NCBI GenBank assembly: GCA_963713495.1
Contig: CAVQLX010000007.1
Span: 755,736 to 819,735, forward strand
DNA: 64,000 nt
Origin: an uncultured delta proteobacterium
Lineage (GTDB): Bacteria; Desulfobacterota; Binatia; DP-6
Direction of reading: 5' to 3'
Below the pieces are notes generated by a model. The model was given only the letters and a program-made list of their open reading frames with translations. It did not search any database and was not told where the DNA came from. Position numbers and translations under genes: made by a program. Within the stretch, counting starts at the first letter, position 1; each line of letters opens with the position of its first letter. Shown one piece after another: positions 58,062 to 64,000 of this stretch.

Positions 58062-58151
58062 CCCCTCCCGCCCCTCGAGGCTTCTGGCCACCGCAAGCGC
58101 GGCAAAGATCGCGGCGCCGGTCGATGCTAGGGACGAGGTAGGAGGGTCACC

Positions 58152-59067
58152 ATGGATCAGGGCCTCGAGTTCTATTGCTCGCAGAGTCGATGGTCGGATC
58201 CCGGGCGCTGGGGTGCGCTGGTCGCGGAGATCGCGCCCGAGCCACGGGCCATCCTCCGGGCCGTCTCGGGGTTCCTCCTGCATCCGTTCCTGGCGCCGAT
58301 GCGCGGCGTGGAGGTTCCCGGGGAGGCGCAGGGCGATCGGCAGCGGCGCGCCGTCGAGGACATCCTCGACCTGGTCCTCGCGCGTGACGCCCACCCGTTG
58401 ACGACCGCGCGCGAGCCGCGAGATCGCGGCTTCTGCGTCTGCGCGGGCTTCGCACGCGTCGCGACGGCCGTCTTTCGCGCCCACGGCCGTCCCGCGCGAT
58501 GCCGCGCGGGGTTCGCGGCCTACTTCACGCCCGGATACCTCGAGGACCACTGGGTCTGCGAGTACCGGGACGGAGACCAGTGGCGGCTGCTCGACGCACA
58601 GCTCGACGAGACGGCCGTGCGCGACTTCGGCATCTCGTTCTCACCCTGGGACGTCCCGCGCGACCAGTTCGTCGACGGCTCCACCGCGTGGTGCCGCGCG
58701 CGAGCGGGCGAGCTGGATCCCTCGCGCATGGGAGTGTCCTGGCTCGGGCTCGCCGGGATGTGGTTCGCCGCCGGCGAGGTGATGCTCGACGTCGCCGCGC
58801 TCAACAAGGAGGAGCTGCTGCCCTGGGAGAAGTGGTCGGTGGGACGCGAGCTGGGGCCCGGCGCCGACATCCCGGCAGCGTGGCTCGCGGAGTTCGACGC
58901 CGTCGCCGCGGCGCTCCGCGGCGCACCGGACGGCGACCTGCGCGCGGCGGATCTACGCCGCGCACGACTGGCTGCGGGTGACGCCGCGCGTGCTCAGCTT
59001 CGAGAGCGGCGTGCCCGTGGAGCTGGCGCTCGGGCGAGACCCAGCGACGCACGCATCGGCGCCGTGA
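58152..59067 (+). CDS. Transglutaminase-like (Cys-protease-fold) superfamily protein. The C-terminus is uncertain, with a possible frame change near 58940-58955
   Basis: ORF 58152-59273; GFCVCAGFARVATAVFRAHGRPARCRAGFAAYF core. The main frame runs on into the ligD overlap as junk. A shifted frame gives IYAAHDWLRVTPRVLSFESGVPVELALGRDPATHASAP-stop at 59065-59067. Confidence 0.5.
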
Positions 59068-61438
59068 TCGACTGGCGCACGCTCGCGACGTCCTCCCACG
59101 GATCGACCGGGAGTGCGGCCAGACGTTCCGGGACGGTGCGCACGGTGAAGTCGCGCGAGCGTACCGGTCCCTCGAGCTCCTCCCAGGCGAGCGGGGCGGA
59201 CACCGGGGCGCCGGGCCGCGCCCGGGCCGAGTATGCCGCGACCGCCGTCGCTCCCCGACCGTTGCGGAGGTAGTCGAGGTAGATCTTGCCACGTCGAGCC
59301 GCCTTGACGGGATTGATCGTGAAGGCGTCGGGCAGACGGCGCGCCAGGTCCGCCGCGACGGCGCGCGAGAATGCCTTCATCTCGGTCCAGCCGTGACGCC
59401 GCGCGAGCGGCACCACCACGTGCAGCCCCTTCCCGCCCGTCGTCTTCACGAAGCTCCGCAGCCCGAGGTGCTCCAGGCGGAGTCGCGCCGCGCGCGCCGC
59501 ATCCACGACGAAGGACCACGCGATCGACTCGTCGGGATCCAGGTCGAGGACCATGCGGTCCGGACGCTCCACCTGATCTGCCAGCGTTCCCCACACGTGA
59601 ATCTCGAGCACGTCCATCTGCACCAGGGCGACCAGGCCGGCGACGTCGTCGATCACGATGTGGTCCTGCTCGCCCTCCTCGTCCCGGATGCGGACGCTGC
59701 GCACCGGCTGCGGCATTCCCGCCGCGAGGTGCTTCTGGAAGAACGTCGTCCCGGCGTATCCGCGCGGGCCGCGCACCACGGCGAGCGGCCGCCGCGCGAC
59801 GTGCGGCAGCATCCACTCCGCGACGGCCACGTAGTAGCGTGCCAGCTCGATCTTCGTGACCTCGACCTCGGGCCACAGCACGCGATCCGGGTGGGTGAGG
59901 CGCACGCCTTCCACCGCGGCGGTCTCGTCGGCGCGACGCGGCGCCGGCGCGGCGCGTGCGACCGGCTGGTCGCGTCCCACCTCGGCGGCCGGCTTGTCCT
60001 CGCGCAGGCCCACGAAGACGGGATGGCGCAGGCGCTGCTCGCGCGTCCAGTTCGTGAAGGTCACCGTCGCGACGAGCTCGGGCCGCGTCCAGTGCGTCGC
60101 CGGCGGCACGTCGGGGAACGGGGCGAAGGGAGACGCCGCCTGCTCGAGGCCGTCGAGGCGCCGCCGCAGGTCACGCAGCGTCGCGTCGGAGAAGCCCGTG
60201 CCGACCCGACCGACGTAGACCAGCCGCCCATCCTCGTGCGCGCCGAGCAGGAGGGCGCCAAGCCCCGTGCGCGAGCCGGCCGGGTCGGTGAACCCGCCGA
60301 TGACGAACTCGCCGCCCGCCCCGCAACGCGTCTTCCGCCAGTCGGGGTACCGGCCTTCGCGGTGCGGCGCGTCTCGCCGCTTGGACACGATCCCCTCCAG
60401 CTGGTGGTCGCAGGCCTGCCGGAAGAACGCCGCGCCGCGGCCCACGACGTGGTCGCCGTATCGCAGCGTGTCACCGTCGGCGCGCCGCACGAGCGCGGCG
60501 AGGCGCTGCTTGCGCTGCTCGAGCGCAAGGGTCCGCAGATCGGCGCCATCCAGATGGAGGAGGTCGAACACCACGTAGCACAGCCGGTCGCGGCCCTCGC
60601 CGCCAAGCGCCGCTTGCAGGGCCTCGAAGCTCGACCGGCCGTCGCCGTCGAGGACCACGACCTCGCCGTCGAGCCACGCGGCGACGAGCGGGAGCGCCGC
60701 GCAGGCGCGCGCCACCGGCCCGAAGCGCTCGGTCCAGTCCTGTCCGCTGCGCACGAACAGGCGCGCGCGGCCGTCCTCGATCCGGCAGAGCGCGCGGTAG
60801 CCGTCGTACTTGATCTCGTGCAGCCAGTCGTCCCCCGGCGGCGGCGCGTCGGCGAGGACCGCGAGCTGCGGGCGCAGTCGCTCCGGCAGCGGACCGCGCG
60901 TGATCGCGGCGACGCTCTCCGGGCGCTCGGCCACGATGTCCCCTGCGGTCGCCTCCCGCGCCTCGACGTCGCGCTCCTTCAGGAGCAACCAGTTCTTGCC
61001 GCCCTCGCCCGACCGGCCACCCATGCGCGCCAGGGTCCAGCCGCCGCGCAGCTTGTCCCCGTGCAGCGCGAACTTGAGCTTGCCGCGACGATAGCCCTCG
61101 TCGGGGTCGCCCACGGGCTCCCAGTGGCCGCGGTCCCACAGGATGACCTCGCCCGCGCCGTACTCGCCCGCCGGGATGGTACCCTCGAAGCTGCCGTACG
61201 CGAGCGGGTGATCCTCGACGTGTACCGCGAGCCGCTTCTCCGCGGGGTCGAGGCTCGGGCCCTTCGGCACCGCCCAGCTCTTCAGCACCCCGTCGAGCTC
61301 GAGCCGGAAGTCGTAGTGCAGTCGGCGCGCGGCGTGACGCTGCACGCAGAAGCTGCGACCGGCGCCGCGTGCCGCCTCGCCGGCGGGCTCGGGCGTGCGC
61401 CGGAAGTTGCGCTTGCGGCGGTAGTCGTCGAGGGGCAT
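58994..61438 (-). CDS. ligD: Multidomain ATP-dependent DNA ligase D (phosphoesterase - ligase - polymerase/primase order)
   Basis: ORF 58994-61438 (814 aa); PE domain HYDFRLE, ligase KYDGYR, C-terminal LigD Pol domain. Confidence 0.9.
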   Translation of the reverse strand: MPLDDYRRKRNFRRTPEPAGEAARGAGRSFCVQRHAARRLHYDFRLELDGVLKSWAVPKGPSLDPAEKRLAVHVEDHPLAYGSFEGTIPAGEYGAGEVILWDRGHWEPVGDPDEGYRRGKLKFALHGDKLRGGWTLARMGGRSGEGGKNWLLLKERDVEAREATAGDIVAERPESVAAITRGPLPERLRPQLAVLADAPPPGDDWLHEIKYDGYRALCRIEDGRARLFVRSGQDWTERFGPVARACAALPLVAAWLDGEVVVLDGDGRSSFEALQAALGGEGRDRLCYVVFDLLHLDGADLRTLALEQRKQRLAALVRRADGDTLRYGDHVVGRGAAFFRQACDHQLEGIVSKRRDAPHREGRYPDWRKTRCGAGGEFVIGGFTDPAGSRTGLGALLLGAHEDGRLVYVGRVGTGFSDATLRDLRRRLDGLEQAASPFAPFPDVPPATHWTRPELVATVTFTNWTREQRLRHPVFVGLREDKPAAEVGRDQPVARAAPAPRRADETAAVEGVRLTHPDRVLWPEVEVTKIELARYYVAVAEWMLPHVARRPLAVVRGPRGYAGTTFFQKHLAAGMPQPVRSVRIRDEEGEQDHIVIDDVAGLVALVQMDVLEIHVWGTLADQVERPDRMVLDLDPDESIAWSFVVDAARAARLRLEHLGLRSFVKTTGGKGLHVVVPLARRHGWTEMKAFSRAVAADLARRLPDAFTINPVKAARRGKIYLDYLRNGRGATAVAAYSARARPGAPVSAPLAWEELEGPVRSRDFTVRTVPERLAALPVDPWEDVASVRQSITAPMRASLGLARAPAPRARRSRS

Positions 61439-61529
61439 GCGCCGACGAGGTCGCTACCTCTGCCGTCAGGGTCGTGCAAATCGCGCCCGCCGCTTGCGCC
61501 GAAACGCTCCGCTTCGCTATGCGGCGGGG

Positions 61530-62207
61530 ATGCTCTTTCTCCACGAGACACACGAGGTCGCAGGCGGTCGCATGGAGGAGTTCGGCGCCGCCATGCGCGA
61601 CGAGTGGCGGCCGCTCATCGAGGCGGACGGATCTGCGCGGCTGCTGTGGTGCTGGGAGCTGACCCACGGCACCGGCGCGAGCTACCAGGCGATCACGGTG
61701 ACGGCGGTGCGCGACTGGGCCGCCTGGGGAGTGCTCGTCGCCCGCATGCAGGAGGATCCGCGCTGGCGCGAATGGCGCCGCCGCGCCGGCGAGGTGCGCA
61801 AGGACACGACGGGGAAGCTGCTGCTGGCGGCTTCGTGGTCGCCGCTCTCGTCCGTCGACCTGGGCGCGGCGCCCGATCGCGAGCAGGCGCTCTTCCTGCA
61901 CGACACCGGCTGGCCGTTCCCCGGCCGTCTCGACGACTACGTCGCGGCCCTCGGCTCGGTCTACCTGCCGCAGATCCTGCAGAGCCGCATGATCTCGCTG
62001 GAAGCGTGCTGGATCACCGCGCCGGGAACCGGGCGGCATCACGAGGCCATCCTGCTCCAGAAGATCCTCGACTGGCCACGGTTCACCGAGCTGCTGGCGC
62101 GCGGCGAGCAGGGGGCACAGCGTGGCGGCTGGATGGTGGAGGGCCTGCGCTACCGCGACCGCTGGGAGTCGAAGCTGCTGCGCACGGCGTCGTGGTCGCC
62201 GCGCTGA
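61530..62207 (+). CDS. Hypothetical protein with two NIPSNAP-like (dimeric alpha+beta barrel) halves
   Basis: In ORF 61437-62207 from ATG 61530; MLFLHETHEVAGGRMEEFGAAMRDEWRPLIEA...LLWCWEL and a second similar half. Confidence 0.5.
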   Translation: MLFLHETHEVAGGRMEEFGAAMRDEWRPLIEADGSARLLWCWELTHGTGASYQAITVTAVRDWAAWGVLVARMQEDPRWREWRRRAGEVRKDTTGKLLLAASWSPLSSVDLGAAPDREQALFLHDTGWPFPGRLDDYVAALGSVYLPQILQSRMISLEACWITAPGTGRHHEAILLQKILDWPRFTELLARGEQGAQRGGWMVEGLRYRDRWESKLLRTASWSPR

Positions 62208-62214
62208 GCAGACA

Positions 62215-63085
62215 TCACCACACCGGCTCGCCCTCGCTGCGCGCGAGAGCGTGGAACGCTTCCTGGAATCGTCGCGTGAGCCGGCCGGGCGTCCCGTCGC
62301 CGATCGGACGACCGTCGACCTCCACCACCGGCATGACCTCGGCGCCCGTCCCGCTGAGGAAGCACTCGTCGGCCGTGTACACGTCGTAGCGCCCGAGCCG
62401 CGCCTCGCGCGCCTCCACGCCCGCCTCGGCGGCGAGCGACAGCACGGCGGCGCGCGTGATGCCGTCGAGCGCGCCGTCCTGCGGCGAGGGCGTGAGCAGG
62501 CTCGTGCCGCGCACCACGAAGAGATTGTCCGCGCTGCACTCGGCGATGAAGCCGTCGCCGTTCAGCATGATCGCTTCCTGGGCGCCGGCCCGCCCGGCGT
62601 CGATCTTGGCGAGCACGTTCTTCAGGTAGTTGAGCGACTTGATGCGCGGGATCGACGGCCTCGTGCGACACCTGCCGCGTCGCCGAGGTGATCACCTTGA
62701 TGCCCTCCGCGTAGAGCGGCGCCGGGTACACCTGGATGTCGGTCACGATGATGATCACCGTGGGCCGCACGCACTTCCGCGGGTCGAGACCGAGATCGCC
62801 GGCGCCGCGCGTGACCATCAGCCGGATGTATCCATCTTCCTTGCGGTTCTCGCGCACGGTCCGGCGCACCGCCTCGGCCATCTCGCTCTGCGCCAGCGGG
62901 ATGTCGAGCGCGATGGCGCGCGCGGAGGCGTAGAGCCGATCGAGATGCGCGTCCAGGCGGAAGATGCGGCGGTTGTAGATGCGGATGCCCTCGAAGACGC
63001 CGTCGCCGTACAGGAGACCGTGGTCGAACACCGACACGGTCGCCGTCTCGCGGGTCCGCATCTCTCCATCGATGTAGATCAGCAT
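62215..63085 (-). CDS. ilvE: Branched-chain amino acid aminotransferase (fold-type IV); frame interrupted at about 62645 (an extra C)
   Basis: N-terminus MLIYIDGEMRTRETATVSVFDHGLLYGDGVFEGIRIYN...VITSATRQVSHEAVDPA in ORF 62150-63313. The C-terminus IKSLNYLKNVLAKIDAGRAGAQEAIMLN... is in ORF 62215-62616. Confidence 0.75.
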
Positions 63086-63264
63086 GATCGAGTCCCCGGG
63101 GGTCCCCCCTGCGTCGCCTTTTGCCGGCGAATCTGGCGCCTTGGGACGCCACCGACGGCGGGCGAGCAATAGTCCGAACCGTTCTTCTTGGCAACGGCTC
63201 GGTGACGCCGTACCTCGCCTCGGCGGCGCAATCCTCGTGTCAGCCGCCACCGCGAAAGGGTCGC

Positions 63265-63279
63265 GGTGCACGTTGCACC
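63265..63279. promoter_or_regulatory. Inverted repeat GGTGCA-CGT-TGCACC, 33 nt upstream of the LLM oxidoreductase start; candidate operator
   Basis: Read from sequence. Confidence 0.25.
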
Positions 63280-63311
63280 GTCGGCGACACGCGACGATAA
63301 CGGCCACCGTC

Positions 63312-64000
63312 ATGCGCCGGTTGAACGAGCTGGGCTTCTATACTCTCGCCGGGGGCGCGGACTCGCCGCGCGCGCTCATCGACGAGGTGCGCGACGCCGA
63401 AGCGCTCGGCCTGGGCAGCGTGTTCATCTCCGAGCGCTGGAAGGTGAAGGAGGCCTGCGCGCTCTCCGGCGCCGTCGGCGCGGCCTCGACGAGCCTGGGC
63501 ATCGCGACCGCCGCGACCAACCACACGACGCGCCACCCGCTGATCACCGCGTCGTTCGCCACCACCATGCATCGGCTGACGGGCGGCCGGTTCGCGCTCG
63601 GGCTCGGCCGCGGCATCGGGCGCATCTTCGACCTCTTCGGCATGCCGCGCATCACGACGGCGCAGCTCGAGGACTTCGCCGGACTCATGCGCCGGCTCTG
63701 GCGCGGCGAGTTCGTCGTCGGCCATGACGGCCCCGCGGGCAGCTATCCCTTCCTCCATCTCGACGCCGAGCTGGACGAGCCGATCCCGCTGATGCTGACC
63801 GCGTTCGTGCCGGCGTCGCTCCGCCTCGCCGGCCGCGCCTTCGACGGCGTGGTGCTGCACACCTTCTTCACCGACGAGACGCTGGCGCGCTGCGCGCGCA
63901 CGGTGAAGCAGGCCGCCGAGGAGGCGGGCCGCGACCCCGCGGCGGTGCGGGTGTGGTCGTGCCTGGCCACGGTCGGTGATCACATCGCCCCGGCGCTTCG
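63312..64000 (+). CDS. LLM-class F420/flavin-dependent oxidoreductase; the 3' end is outside the window
   Basis: Not in the ORF track because it runs off the window edge. ATG 63312 gives MRRLNELGFYTLAGGADSPRALIDEVRDAEALGLGSVFISERW...LGLGRG. Confidence 0.75.
   Translation, partial: MRRLNELGFYTLAGGADSPRALIDEVRDAEALGLGSVFISERWKVKEACALSGAVGAASTSLGIATAATNHTTRHPLITASFATTMHRLTGGRFALGLGRGIGRIFDLFGMPRITTAQLEDFAGLMRRLWRGEFVVGHDGPAGSYPFLHLDAELDEPIPLMLTAFVPASLRLAGRAFDGVVLHTFFTDETLARCARTVKQAAEEAGRDPAAVRVWSCLATVGDHIAPAL

Noticed and set aside
1-64000. Mobile elements, prophage or integron
   Set aside because: No transposase, integrase or recombinase domains, and no terminal inverted repeats or tRNA-adjacent integration signatures were seen. 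The gene content is chromosomal metabolic.

Overview
This is a 64-kb window of a ~70% GC bacterial chromosome. About 60 protein-coding genes lie on both strands. I found no rRNA, tRNA, CRISPR array, transposase, integrase or phage genes. Most genes are lipid and acyl-CoA metabolism. A tightly coupled minus-strand operon (2141-8254) holds two enoyl-CoA hydratases, two acyl-CoA synthetases, an SMR transporter and a HEAT-repeat lipoprotein. There are three acyl-CoA dehydrogenases, a third enoyl-CoA hydratase, a CoA-transferase, a hotdog thioesterase and plsC. Four luciferase-like (LLM) flavin/F420-type oxidoreductases and a DUF385 protein are present, as is a cytochrome P450 next to an O-methyltransferase. 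Housekeeping genes include murJ, mtgA, dcd, moeA, fba, ilvE and ligD, and there is a vapBC toxin-antitoxin pair. The accessory-like content is three large secreted cysteine-rich or beta-propeller proteins. One is a 1072-aa YVTN beta-propeller fused to a di-heme cytochrome c. Another is a >1400-aa PD40 beta-propeller plus tandem 39-aa Cys-rich-repeat locus whose reading frame is broken repeatedly. At least ten otherwise well-conserved genes show single-nucleotide frame disruptions, which fits assembly indel errors better than pseudogenisation but cannot be decided from sequence alone. The taxon is not assignable, and the gene content fits a Myxococcota/Binatota-like or actinobacteria-like high-GC organism. 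I could not demonstrate a clearly novel multi-gene system; the best candidates are listed as findings with modest interest scores. Many long antisense ORFs in the six-frame track are GC-driven artefacts.
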